A stretch of DNA of 64,000 nucleotides. It comes from Prorocentrum cordatum (lineage: Eukaryota). The notes under the pieces were generated by a model, which was not told the origin of the DNA, did no database searches, and worked only from the letters and a program-made list of their open reading frames with translations. Position numbers and translations under genes: made by a program. Where the stretch lies: the NCBI GenBank assembly GCA_963575745.1, contig CAUYUJ010000148.1, forward strand, positions 372,001 through 436,000, written 5' to 3'. This document shows, piece after piece, positions 1 to 12,330 of this stretch. Within the stretch, counting starts at the first letter, position 1; every line of letters begins with the position of its first letter.

Positions 1-186
1 GGGGGCAGGGCTCCTCCGGCGGCTCGGGCGGCTCCGGCGTGCTCTCCATCCGCCGCAGCGCGGGTGCGCCCGGGTGGCCGCCGGCATCGGGCGGTCGCGG
101 CGCAGGTGGGGGGGCGCGGGGGCCCGCGCCGAACGGCTGCCGCGGAGGAGCGGCGGCGACCTTGCTGGGGGAGGGGCGGCGGGCGC
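1..186 (-). CDS. Candidate exon of minus-strand host gene (Pro-rich: ...SKVAAAPPRQPFGAGP...ALRRMESTPEPPEPPEEPCP), runs off window edge
   Basis: Open, GC3-rich frame; AG|G acceptors possible at 186 or 160; linkage to other exons inferred only. Confidence 0.35.
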
Positions 187-198
187 CTCCCCAGACCG

Positions 199-380
199 AA
201 GACGAAGCCAGGACGCAGGCAGTATCGGACGAGGACGAGTCGGGGATCTCTGAGATCCGGCGGCTCTGGGGGATGCATCGGGGGCCGCGGCCAGCTCGGA
301 GCGCTTCAGGGCGCTCTAAGAGCGTTCCGGAACGCTCTGGAACAGACGTATCCTTGTGCGCCCAGGGACACCCTCGCGTC
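199..380 (+). repeat. Dispersed repeat family (ATCTCTGAGA..CGG..CTGG.GGATG core)
   Basis: Related copies visible at ~3360-3440, ~14110-14220 and ~36493-36650. Confidence 0.65.
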
Positions 381-1389
381 GTGAACAAAACACGACGGGA
401 GGCTTTCCGCCGTTTTCGGCCTCCTGGGGCCCTCGCCGGACCCCTGCAGGACCCGAGACTTGGGCGCGAATTCGGATTGATGGGGGCCGATACCCGGGGG
501 GGGAGAACGGTGCCCTTTTCGGACCTGAAAGGCTCCCTCTGGGGCCCTAAAGGGCCCCATGAGAGGCCCGGAAGGGCCCTTCCTCTGCAGCCCTCGCTGC
601 CCCAACATTGATCCCCTCCATTCCGCGGGGTCCAGGGACCGTCGAAACGCCGGAACCCGGGACGTGGTCCCCGTCAGGAACAAGTCATGACGTCGGGGGC
701 GGGGCATCGGTCCGATGGGGGGGGGGGCGGGGTCGGGAACAGGCTCGCGCCGCCGAGGGGCGTTCGAGGAGGGGGAGGGGGAGGGGGGGGGGTTGGGGAG
801 AGGGGGAGTCGTCGAGGGGGGGAGGCGGCTCGCGTGGTGGATCCTCCTCCCCTGCCTCCTCCTGCGAGGGGCGTCCGAGGGTCGGGGAGGTGGGGGAGGG
901 CGAGGGGGCAACGACGAACAATCCAGCGAGTCCGTCGGGACCTTTCGGCGGTCGTCTTGGTAGGATAGGCTGTGTTGCGACGACCTGTTCTCGCACAGTT
1001 CCATAGCTCGAAAGGACGAGGTGGCGTCGGAGAGGTGGGAGGACGAGGGGGCGTCGGCGGGGGGAGAGGAGGAAGGAGAAGGAGGGGGCAAGGGGGTGCG
1101 CCGGGAAGGGGACAAGAAAGGAGGGAGGTCAATCATAGCACGGCCTGATGCGTGGTGCGCGGACGAGAGGGGTGGGCCAAGTGCAAGTGCCGGCAGAGGA
1201 AAAGAGAGGTCGTGAGACCGAGGAGATGTCCTGCCAAAAAGAACGATGAATAATGGACAGGAAGGGGGTTGCTGGCCATGGCAAGCCTCAGGCACAAACG
1301 GAACCCCCGAACAGGGCCCGAAAACCACAGCCCATCCTGAACCAAAGTGGCCTTTGTCTTCAGCGTGTTAACTGCAACCCTCTCGCCTG

Positions 1390-1531
1390 ATAATGATGAT
1401 GAGTCTGCTGCTACTGGTACTGCTGCTGCTAATGATGATGATGCAGATGATGATGTGAATGGTGTTGATAACGACGATGCTGATGGTGATGATGGTGGTG
1501 ATGATGGTGATGCTGCTGATGATGAGTATGT

Positions 1532-1578
<47 letters not shown>

Positions 1579-1580
1579 AC

Positions 1581-1634
<54 letters not shown>

Positions 1635-1920
1635 GCTGGTGATGGTCTTGATGACGATGATGATGGTGCTGATGCTGCTGATGATTATGGTGGTGGTGAT
1701 GATGATGATGCTGATGCTACTGCTGATGATAGTGATGACAACGACGACGATAATGATGATGCTGATGATGATTATGATGATGGTGGTGGAAATGATGATG
1801 ATCATGAACATGATGATGCTGATTGCGAGATGCGTTTACGTTTGTATGATGATGCAGACTATGATGATGGTGGCGATGATGCTGATGACTATGATGACGA
1901 CGACGACGCTGCTGCTGACG
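1390..1920 (+). repeat. Degenerate (GAT)n triplet microsatellite
   Basis: Directly visible; source of poly-D/poly-M pseudo-ORFs. Confidence 0.95.
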
Positions 1921-2009
1921 ATCCATCTGGCGGTCCCGGGCCACCTGGCGGCCTGGATGAGCCTAGGGGCCCGGGGCCGCCAGGTGGCAAAATGGAATTC
2001 GTGCACGAT

Positions 2010-2854
2010 GATGATCAGCATCATCATCGCCATCATCCTCATCACCAGTAGCAGCACAAACAAAAACAGCACCACCAGGATCATCATGGTCGTCGACGCC
2101 ACATCGTCATCGTCATCGCCACCGTCATAATCACCACCACCACTATCATCGTCATCATCATCGTCATCATCATCATCAACATCATCATCATCATCATCAT
2201 CATCATCGTCATCAGCAGCACCAGCGACAACAACATGACCATCATCATCCAAATCGTCGTCGCGCCTGTTATCGTCTGCGTCATCACCATCGTCATAATC
2301 AGATTCATCATCAGCATCATCATAATCACATCCACATCATCCTCATCACCAACAGCAGCAGCGACAACACCATCACCACCATCATCATCGTCGTCACCGT
2401 CATCGTCCCCGTCAGGTTCATCATCACCACCATCATCAGCATCAGAAGCAACGAAAACACCACCACATCACCACCATCGTCATCGTTGTCGTCACCGTCA
2501 TCGTCATCGCCACCACCATCGGCATAATCATCATCATCGTCATCAACAAAATCAACATCAACAGCATCTTCATCATCACCAGCATCATCTTCATCAGCAA
2601 CATCATCATTATCATCTGCATCACCATCATCATCACAATCAGTAGCAGCAACCCCCCCCATCATCAACACAATCATCACCATCCACAGCATCCTCGTCCT
2701 TACCCTCTTCTTGATCACTATCGCCATCACCGTCACCGTCATCATCACCACCACCATCACCATCACCATCACCATCACCATCTTCATCATCATCACCATC
2801 ACCATCACCATCACCATCACCATGATCATGATCATCATCATGATCATCATCATT

Positions 2855-2909
<55 letters not shown>

Positions 2910-2935
2910 CCATCACCATCATCATCATCAATCAC
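2010..2935 (+). repeat. Degenerate (CAT)/(CAC)n triplet microsatellite
   Basis: Directly visible; reverse-complement polarity of the upstream (GAT)n tract. Confidence 0.95.
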
Positions 2936-2969
2936 CTTCACCGCTCAAGCCAGCCGCCGCCCACGGCTC

Positions 2970-3070
2970 CGCGGGGCAGCCGCGGCTGCACCGCTGGCTC
3001 GGTTCGCTGCAAAGGGCGGGGGGCGGCGCTCCTCGGCTGCGGCTTCTCTAGTGGTGGAGCCCTCGGGCGC
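2970..3070 (-). CDS. Candidate exon of host gene (RPRAPPLEKPQPRSAAPRPLQRTEPAVQPRLPR)
   Basis: AG|G acceptor at 3070 in phase 2, matching the phase-2 donor of the 9423-9475 exon; donor uncertain. Confidence 0.3.
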
Positions 3071-5513
3071 CTCGGCGCGTTTTCTCGTCGTCGTCGTCGG
3101 CGGCGGCGTCCTTTGTCGTCGGCGTCGTCGTCAGCGTCGGCGTCGGCGTCCCCGTCGCCGTCATCGTCGCCGTCGACGTCGGCGGCGTCGGTGTGGGCAT
3201 CGGCGTAGGTGCTGCGTCGGCGTGGGCGTGGGGAGGAAGACGAGGGAGGTGACCAGGACAGGACCAGCCAGAGTGACGCACCAGGAGGGCGGGAAAGAAG
3301 GGTGGGAGGGGAACGACTACGTGTTCCCCATGCCGAGACGGAGGCAGGGAGAGGACGAGTGCGGATGGGGATCGCCCTGAAAGCCTGGAAAATCTCTGGG
3401 AGCCAGCGGGTCTGGAGGATGCCGCGGGCCTCCGCGGCTGCTCCAAGACGCCCGGAGCGCAGTCCCGAGCCCCCTTGAGAGCAGCCTACCATGACCCCGA
3501 GGCCTGCCCGACATGCTGCACAAAGAGAATCGGTCGCACCGGCTGGAAGGTGAAGAAGAGGGCAACGACGGCATGCGGGTGGGTTGGATGGAAGGGGGCC
3601 GGCCTCGGAGCCAACCAGAACTTCCCCCACGCAGCACCAACCAACCCCTACCCAACGCGCCTCTCTCCTCTACCCCATCATGCCTCTCCGCACGAAGCAA
3701 CGTCAGTCCGACCGAACCTCCCAGGGATTTCAAAGCTCGGCCATGCAACACACTGAAACGCGGCACAACACCATCAATGCCGAAAACGAAACGGCAACGG
3801 CTGGGCTGAGACATCAATGGCACCTGTCGCGGGCGATGTTTCTCCCCCAATCCCCGAGTTGCGCCCGAAAAGTCTGGCCGCTCAGAAGAATGGGAAAACC
3901 CTGGGATACACCCCAAGGGGGCTATTCGGACGCACCCCTATTGAGAATGGACACCCCCCCATCGTATATCCCAGGGTTAGGCCCCAAACTTCTGGTTCAT
4001 TCGGAAACCCCACGAAGCCTGGGATAGGGGTCGACATATCCCCTGTTAACCTGGATCTCTCTACAAGAAAGAGTATAAGGGGCAACGAGCAACGACTCAA
4101 ACATACAAACTCGGAGGATTTCTCGAGTCGGCGCTGGACCCCCTGGCGGCGCCTCCGGTGCCGCGCCTGGCGCGCCCTTCGCGCGCCAGGGAGGGGGGGG
4201 TCCTAGCGCCAGTCCTAGAAATCCGTGCGGACCTCAGAGCTGTGCTGTTCACGTCAGTTTTCGTTCCCCTGGAGTGGGCCACAACGCGATGCAATCCACG
4301 CCTGCCCTCCGTTTCTCCCTCTCGTCATGTTGTCGCATCTCGGTTGAATGCCTCCTGTATACGTGTAGCCTCTGGCCGTCACACCACGCTCTGCACGCTG
4401 CTGTCGCAGACCTACCCTGCTGTGCTGAGCATCGATGTAACCATCGATGAATATATTTCTATAGATTTATATGCATATAGAGTCAGGGCTGGCGTGTGTC
4501 TAACTCTCTCTCTCTCTCTCTCTCGGGTCATCATATTCAATGTGTGTGTGTTCTCTCTCTCGCTCTCTCTCCCCCTCTCTTTCTACCCAACTTCGCTCTG
4601 TACACTCTGCCATGTACTCTCTAGCGATAGTGTATGCCCTCTCGTGTTGATCTCCCCATCCATGTTCCATAGTAGACCTAACAATGGTCGCATATACTCT
4701 CTCTCTCTCTCTTGATACGCACACACACATATATATAGAGCATCATCATATCTCTCTCTCTCTCTCCCTCTACTCCGTCTTTCCTTCGCTCTCTATCCCT
4801 CTCTGTTATGACATGCTGCAGGACCTGCTCTCCTTACGCTCAAAAGTCGATATGCCCTCTGTGTTCTAACCTCTATTATATGTTCTCGCTGCTCAACTAC
4901 GCTTATGTTATCTCATACGTCTTCTGAACGATCTACTACGTTTACTCGAGAACCAGAAATTACAATGAAACCTCGACTCAGAGCCTGGATCCTGGGAGAC
5001 TGGCCGCTCACCGAAATCGGCCCAGCACCAAAACAAACGCAACCGTTGGCACCAGGCCGCCGAACGAAATCGGACCCACTACTTTTGCCTACTCCGCCAG
5101 GCTACAATACAACCCTTTCAATACATGCAAGCGCTGATGTGGGAACTACTCTCGAATTTCTCAGTCTCTACTTCATAAATACTCTTACGTTATGTCTGTA
5201 TGTGTTTTATATGCTTACATGTCCCTACGGTGTCACCCTGTCTCGCTCTGTCTCTCTCTCTCTCTCTGAATTCGCTCTCTTGTTGTTTATTCGTGCTTGC
5301 TTGTGCTGTTTTGCTGTCTCTCCCTCTCTCTCTCCCTCTCTCTCTCTCTCTCTTTTTCTAGGTGTATCCATTCATTCATATCGCATCATTTACCACAGTG
5401 TTGGCCATGATCGTCGCTCGCATAGACCCTGTATGACGCGAACAAACAAAATGGACGGCGCCATTGACACATTCAGACGCGTAATATAATATATATATAT
5501 ATATATATATATA

Positions 5514-6450
5514 CAAGACTGCAGTGGCGCTTTGCGCCATGCACCTTGGTCCTTGAAGTTTGGTATGCAGGCGGAATGGCAGGAAGGTCAAGCCGACAAT
5601 TTAGCGATAACTCTTGGTTGCCTTTTCCGGCATCGCCGCTATAATAATGTTATTCGTTATCCTTCCTCCATGCTTATTGTTCCGCATTTTCGCCATACCC
5701 TTCGCATTCTCCCCATCCTCAGCTCTTTTTTGCGGAGGCTCCTCCTTGGAGAGCCTCTAGGGGCCTCACAGAAGTTGTTTCGAGCTTTCTTGAGGCCTTC
5801 TGGAGGCCTCCTGGGCGTATTCTGGGGGCCTCCGGGGGCCTCCTCGGGCCATCCTGCCTCCAACCGCCGTCTCCCTGAACGACCGAATCACGATTTGGAA
5901 TTCGTCGGAAGGTGTCTTTGGGCCATCTTGGGCCGCCGTGGGGCTCTCTGAGGGTCATATTGGACCCGTGTTGTGCCGTTTTGGGGCTCTCTTGGACTGC
6001 CTGGAAGCCCTTCCGGATCGTTGTGGGGCGATTTGGGAGCCTCCCAGACGGCTTCGGACGCCCAGAAGACCGCCGTCTTGGAGGGTCGGGAAGCCGAAAA
6101 GAGAAGAACCCCAAAATTCACCAAAAACCAATGGAAAATCAATGATTTGTGCCTCGGGGGACCTTCTTGGGAGTGCTCTTGGAGGCCTCTTTGGGGCCGT
6201 CCTGGAAGCCTCTTGGGCCATCTTGAGGTCACGTCGGTCACTCTTGGAGCGCTCTTGTGCTGTCTTGGGGGTCTCTGGGACGTGTCCGATGACCCCCCTG
6301 ATCGCCCTAAGTGTGCTGGGAAGGCTTGGCAAAACGCCTTGCGAGGCCCCGTGGCCGCTTCGAGGCCACTCTGGAGGGCCCCAAAGCCCCAGGTCCCAGG
6401 AGTCCGGTTTTGGGGGGGGGGGGGATGGGTTTTCCCCCCGCCTGGGCGTA
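5514..6450 (-). mobile_element. Non-autonomous CTTGGG-rich element between (TA)n tracts, Helitron-like hairpin terminus
   Basis: Hairpin TGCAGTGGCGC-TTT-GCGCCATGCA at 5520-5543 followed on the minus strand by CTTG|TATATA; TA-rich tracts on both sides; body resembles the 25.0-25.9 kb and 28.7-29.5 kb repeats. Confidence 0.5.
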
Positions 6451-6764
6451 TAAAAATATAGGAAGAGGAATATATACATACATATGTATATATATATATA
6501 TATATATATGTATATAGATGTGTGTATATGTATATATGTATATATATGTGTGAATACCAAATTCGCAACTGTGTTACCCTTCAACTATTCTATCTACGAC
6601 CACACATGGACTCCACATTTTACTATGTCCTCTTGACCGTGGCCGCAAGAACCTGGGCACCTGGCTGCACCTTTAAAAAGTCGAAGACCCGGGAACCTTG
6701 CACCGCTGGGACTTCCAGACATGGAACAGAAGACCCGAGAAATTGGCCGCACCGCACATTGGCG

Positions 6765-7370
6765 GCGCGCGCAAGGGGGTGGAGGGAGGGGGCGGGCTTC
6801 TTTGAAGGAGGCTGTTTCTTGGAAGTCGCTGGCCTTACATCTATAGATAAGAGAGCGTGATCCACCGCCGCTTTACTGTGGAAAATTGCCCCCCCCGTCT
6901 TCCTCCATAGCCCAGCCCCCGCGCTCCCCTCCGAAAATCCCCCTGTCTGCACCGCTGTCCCACTGTCCCCGCACCTCTGTCCCCACCACCACCGTCCCCA
7001 CCACTGTCCCAGTATCCCCACCATTGTCCAACTGTCTCAAGGATCGGGAATCGTTTGCCGGCGGCGAGGGGGGTTCGAACCGGTAGTGACCCCCCCCCCG
7101 GTTTCCGAGGGGGGGGTGGGGGGTTCGAACCAGTAGTGACCCCCCCCCCGTTCATGATGGACTGAGGGGGGGGGAGGGGTTCGAACCTGTAAAGACCACC
7201 TCTCGGTTTTCGAAGGGGGAGGGGACGGGCTTGGAACCCCCAATGACCCCCCCCGGTGTTCCGCCAGCAGCGGTAGAACAAGCTCTTTCATTGATTAGGC
7301 CCGCACCTTCGAAAAAGCAGGGGTGTTTCGAAGAAGCCCTCCGCCCTCCCCCCGCCCCCCTCTGCGCGTG
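6765..7370. mobile_element. MITE-like element with ~70-bp imperfect inverted arms and internal tandem GGTTCGAACC units
   Basis: 6765-6835 and 7298-7368 are inverted relatives; a further arm copy lies at ~61392-61475; 3-4 ~50-bp units at 7068-7255. Confidence 0.5.
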
Positions 7371-7664
7371 GCTGACTCACCGAAACGGGCCAGAACCTGG
7401 AACAGGGAACTGGGGAACCAGGGACTGGCAACCCGGGAAACTGGCCGACTACCGAAATCGGCGCCGCACCTTCGCATACTATTTCAGGCTCCGCTAGGAC
7501 CCCTGGAGTGCAAGTGCTGGATTGAATTAAGAAAAGGCCATGTCGTATGATGGCAAGGCCGACAGCAGAAAGACAGGTTGGACGTCCTTGGCAACGGAAC
7601 AAGTATCTGCCAGTGCTGCAGTAGGGCTGGCACCTGGCAAACCATGCGTGCTCAGAAGAAACCA

Positions 7665-7715
<51 letters not shown>

Positions 7716-8539
7716 GTGAGCAACGGAGCGACGAAAGGCCAGTAGTCAGGCAATTGCATCAAAATCGGCATCAACACCTTTCTTGGGCCGCTGCATCAGA
7801 GCACGAGCAGCTCGCGACCACATCATCCCGCCACCCCACCAACACACTTGAACCCGTATGCGCACACACACACACACACTACAAACACGCGAACAAAAAC
7901 ATTCCCAGGCACACGGCCTCGCACTTTTGGGAAACCAATGCCCTCCTGCACAAATCACTGTCCTGCCGACTAGACCCGCTGGACAACGGCCCGCCAGCCC
8001 TGGAGGAGGGGGACTGGAATAGGAGAGGAGCAGCAGGAAATGGAGGAGCGAGAAACGGAGGAGGGATGAGGTCTGCCCGAGAGTCCGAACAGGGTAGAAG
8101 CCAGTTTCTGATCCATCGTGGCTGCCTTCTTGCATGTTCGGTTTGGATGAGATTGTAAGATCTGCCAGAAAGAGTGCCAAGACGGGCCGGGACGCGCTCC
8201 AAGACGTCCCCACTTGCCCCCAACAGCGTCCCAAGCGCGCCACAACAGGATCCAGGAGGCGAGCTATCGCGCACCAAGCGGGGAGCCCAAATTGACGAAG
8301 CCCTCTTTTAGATCGATGGCCGCCAGAACGGTTCCTAGAGGGCCCCTGGGCTCCATGGCCGCAAACAAGACCTGAGTGCGCTTTAGCTCCCAAACGGGCC
8401 CCGAGACCTCCAAGAAGACTCCAAGAGAATCCTGGGGTCTCTCGGTCGAGCAACGCCGGTCGTTCTGTGCCATTCAACACTTGTCTACGACCCTTCTCCC
8501 GACGGCATGCTTTTGCTACGCCCTTTCAAACTTAGTCCG

Positions 8540-9300
8540 CCAGCCAGACCTGCCCGACTTCTTTAAATTTCCTGGGTTCTGCTGGTTTTGTTTAATTACT
8601 GTTTTTGAATGGCCCGTGTTCGTTGGCTTCCCGGGGTTACCCAGGTTGGTTGGTCTTCTTTCCCTTGTGTTTGTAGAGGCCTTCCCCTGCTTTCAATGCT
8701 AAGCAATGCCAAATAATGTCAAGCACCGCAAAACATGACCAGCAATCCCAATCAGTGCCAACAAGTTGCAAACAGTACCAACAGATGCCAAGCAGTGCTG
8801 AGCAACGCCAAGCAAAGCTGGGCAACGCCAAGCAATACCAAGCAATGCCAAGAGATGCAAAGCAAGCGATGTCAAACAATGCCATGCAACGCCTAGCAAT
8901 GGCAAGCAACGTAAAGCAAAGCAAAGCCATGCAAACTCCACGTCAAAACACTGACAAGCAAACAACATAACGCCACACAATACCAAGCAGAGCCAGGCAA
9001 TGCCAACAAATGGCCAAGAACCCAAATCAAATCAATGAAAGTCAATGTCGAACACGGGGAAACAACGTCAACCAATGCCAAGCAATGCCGAGGATAGCAA
9101 AGAATGTTTAAAGACCTGCCAAGCAAAGCAACGTGTTGCCAAGCACTGCCAAACGAAGCAAACCGATGCCACACAACGACAAATGATGTACCAACATGAC
9201 ACGCAATTCCAAGACATTCAAAACAATACCAAACAGTACCATGCAATGCAAAACCATGCCAGGCATTTCCAGACAATGCAAAGCAACTCAAAGAAATGAA
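8540..9300 (+). repeat. Degenerate AAGCAATGCC-type repeat element
   Basis: Visible short-period repeat; inverted relative at ~57415-57810. Confidence 0.75.
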
Positions 9301-9422
9301 CCGTCCAACACAGGCGAAAAACATCGTCGGCTCCCACATTCAGAGCGACCGTGCTAAGCTCTCCGTATTTCAAAAGCTTCAAGGTGCTCTCTTGGACATC
9401 GAGCTTGAGTTTGCGAGCTAGC

Positions 9423-9475
9423 CTCGGCGCCAGCTGTCTCATGCGGGTCATCATGAGATTGGCCTTGACGAGCAC
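9423..9475 (-). CDS. Candidate exon of host gene (VLVKANLMMTRMRQLAPR)
   Basis: 53 nt, CAAG|G acceptor, AG|GC donor, GC3-biased codons in otherwise repetitive DNA. Confidence 0.5.
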
Positions 9476-10749
9476 CTTGATCGGCTCAGCGGCATAATGA
9501 AGGCCATCGTCCACCGACGAATCCCAACAGCCCTCTGGGCGGAGGTGGGTTCACGAGTTCGACTCTCCCCTCTTCCAAAATAAATCATCCCCGTGCTCGG
9601 GGGAGGGGTGTTATCAGTGCTCCTCAGTGCTCATCGGTCGGAAGAAGTAGGTAGACACATGAAGTAGGGAGGCGTTGGAAGTAGATTGGGCTTCCGCCCG
9701 CCCCCTGACGATGAGGGAACGGGGAAGCACGCTCGTTGATTGCAGTAGGAAGGCGCCTAAAATATTTTGGAATCTGGGAATCATAAAAAAAAAACTACTT
9801 TCAACGACCCAACACGGGGGGGGACTGCAGAGTGCAGTGCAGGGCAAAGTGCACTGCACGGCAAAATCTTGGGTCATGCTCGGGGGGGCCGCGAGCACAT
9901 TGTAATGTGTTTTTTTGTTGGCGAGGACGGCAGGGGGGGGAGGGGGGGGGGCAGCATGTGGCCTGGTGTGTGCAGGGCCACCGTTACCTTTTCAGACGAT
10001 ACAGACTGCACTTCGCGGCTGCCTCTCTGGACCATGCGGCAGACACCCCGCGATCACTCCGCAGTTGTTGTTCGACAGGGACGGCGAGGGGTGCTGGCAA
10101 ATTGACGGCTGTGCGCAGGCCCACCGGACATCGTGATGGCCACTCCGCTGTGATTGTGCATTGTTTGTTTTTTTAAATAATGCATACATACATACATACA
10201 TACATACATACATACATACATACGTACGTACGTACGTACACCCTGCGAAATGCTTAAAAAAATCATGGGTTAAGAAATTCATAGTCTCAGAACTTGAATA
10301 AAAAACCCAACGTTTCCATTAAAACCTTAAGATTTACATTGAAATATTCAGAATAATCGAGACTATAGCCGAAAACTTCGGTTTTCTTAAGCATCGCCTA
10401 AGGTGTACGTACGTACGTACGTACAGACAGACAGACACACAGACAGACAGACAGACAGCGTGTCGCGGCGGCGGCCCCGGCAACACGTCGTGCGCGTGGA
10501 TGCGCTGCGGGGCGGGAGGTCGGGAAAGGCTCGGGACGTCGACGCCTCGGGACAGGGGACAAGGAAGTGGACAGCGTGCCGCGCCGAAGCGTGATGGGCC
10601 AAAGCCAGCGGTGCGACACGTTTCCCCAAAGTTCCAGAATCGTGTGTAATGTGTATACAAGTAACTTAGAAGGCAACTACTGGGAGGTTTTCGCTGGAAA
10701 AATTAGGGATGATTAAGCCCCATTTGGGAGCTATTACGCCAGAGTGGGC

Positions 10750-10836
10750 CTCGGATTAAGCAGGATTGAGCCGGATTAAACGGGATTAAGCCGGATAAAA
10801 CGGGATTAAGCGGGATTAAGCCAGATTAAGCCGGAT
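10750..10836 (+). repeat. (GGATTAAGCC)-like decamer minisatellite
   Basis: About 8 near-identical units visible. Confidence 0.85.
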
Positions 10837-10859
10837 TTCGGACCAGGGCAAAATCAGAA

Positions 10860-11345
10860 TTTGACCTCCCAGGAGTTGCATCCGAAAGTAACAGAGGACC
10901 CAAAGGCACCAAGAGTCCCCGCGAAGAGACACCCAAGACAGCCAAGACAGACCAAGGACATCCCAAGATGGCCCAAGTGTCCACAAGAGGTCACAGCAGG
11001 CCCCCAAGACGGCGCAAGAGGAGGCACCCGAGAGACAACAATCATGTTTTTTTCGTAACATGTTCGGTACGATTGTCGCATTCTCGCCTTTTCGCTCCAA
11101 GGCGGCCCAAGGGGCATTCAAGATCGCACCCAAATGAGCCGAAATGCGCTCAGGAGGGCCCCGCGAGGTTCCCAAGGTGGCCCCAAGAGGGCCACAAGAT
11201 GACTCCCTAAAGAGCCCAACAACAGCCCCGAGAGACCCCCAAGGCCGCCAAGGGAGGACCAAAACGGCCCCAAGACGGCCCCCAAGAAGGCCTCAACAAC
11301 GGCTTCAAGAGACTCCTAGGTGGGGCCCACTGGCAACCCTGGATT
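10860..11345 (+). repeat. CCCAAG-rich dispersed repeat (CTTGGG family, opposite orientation)
   Basis: Reverse complement of motifs in the 5.7-6.4, 25.0-25.9 and 29.7-31.3 kb repeats. Confidence 0.7.
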
Positions 11346-12174
11346 AGCACGGCGTTAGCGAGACTATACATACAGGTTCCTCTATTCGTTGTAATATTGT
11401 TCCATTGGGGGTTTCCCCTCTCGGTCCGCCCGGATCTCCTCTTCCCTCCGCATCCCTCCGACGAGTCGTCGTCCCCACCCTCCCTGTATCGTCCCCCTCC
11501 CTGCTCCTCTTTCCCCTTCACCCGATCTCCCCCCCCATCCCCACCGCTCCCCCTCCCTCCGAATCCCATCCTGGGCATGAACCTCGTTCTTGCACCCTCC
11601 TGCTCCTCATTCCCATCCTTCTTCTCCTCCTCCTCTCCATCCTGAATCTGGGCCCGCTCATGCCCCTCCCCCCGCCAGCCAAAGCAACCTCTCCTTTTGC
11701 TGGCATGCTCCTGCCTCCCTGAATGCAGACAGTACTCAGCATGTGTTCCGGCCAGGGACGCTCTTCAGGATGCATGTCATGTCTCACCTCCCGATCTGAG
11801 CGTGCCAGCCCGTGCAGCAGACGGCGGACGGACATCGGGACGCGGCAAAGAAAGAAGGGCAGAGAGGGAAGGGGAGAGGCGGAGAAGGATCCCAAGATTG
11901 GGAAAGGGATTCGAGGAGAGCCTCGGGAGCGGAGAGGGCGGGCAGACGGGACCGGCCAGGGAGCGCATGCCAGGAACGGGGACGCGAACGCTCTTGCCGG
12001 TGCTGGGTGAGCTGAGCAGATGGGGGAGGACGGAAGAGGGGGGGGGCGGGCCACCGCCCCGCTGCCCGGCGGAGAGGGGAATAACACTGGTGCACCAAAG
12101 GGAGGGAGGCACCGTGGGACGCTGAAGGACATCCGAAGACGATGTGCGGAAACCGGATGCGCATTCCCGACGCA

Positions 12175-12330
12175 ATTCCCGATACGAACAAATAGTAACA
12201 AAATATCAGAGCATAACGTGGCCCGAGCGGTATGGCCAGAAAGCCCCCGCCACGGGGCTTGCACCAACAGATTTCGGAGCGCGCGCGTCGCCGTTGCGGG
12301 GCTGACGTACACAGAGTATGAGTAGGTGTG
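12175..12330 (+). repeat. Dispersed repeat (GCCCGAGCGGTRTGGCCAGAAAGC.CCCGCCACG)
   Basis: Second copy at ~51225-51380. Confidence 0.75.

Noticed and set aside
1347..3208. Poly-D/M/H/I ORFs
   Set aside because: Translations of triplet microsatellites; the same applies to ORFs at 19.2-19.9, 35-36.5 and 58.7-63.6 kb
9545..9577. tRNA-like 3' end (GAGTTCGACTCTCCCCTCTTCCA)
   Set aside because: T-stem only 3 bp and no matching 5' acceptor strand or D-arm upstream
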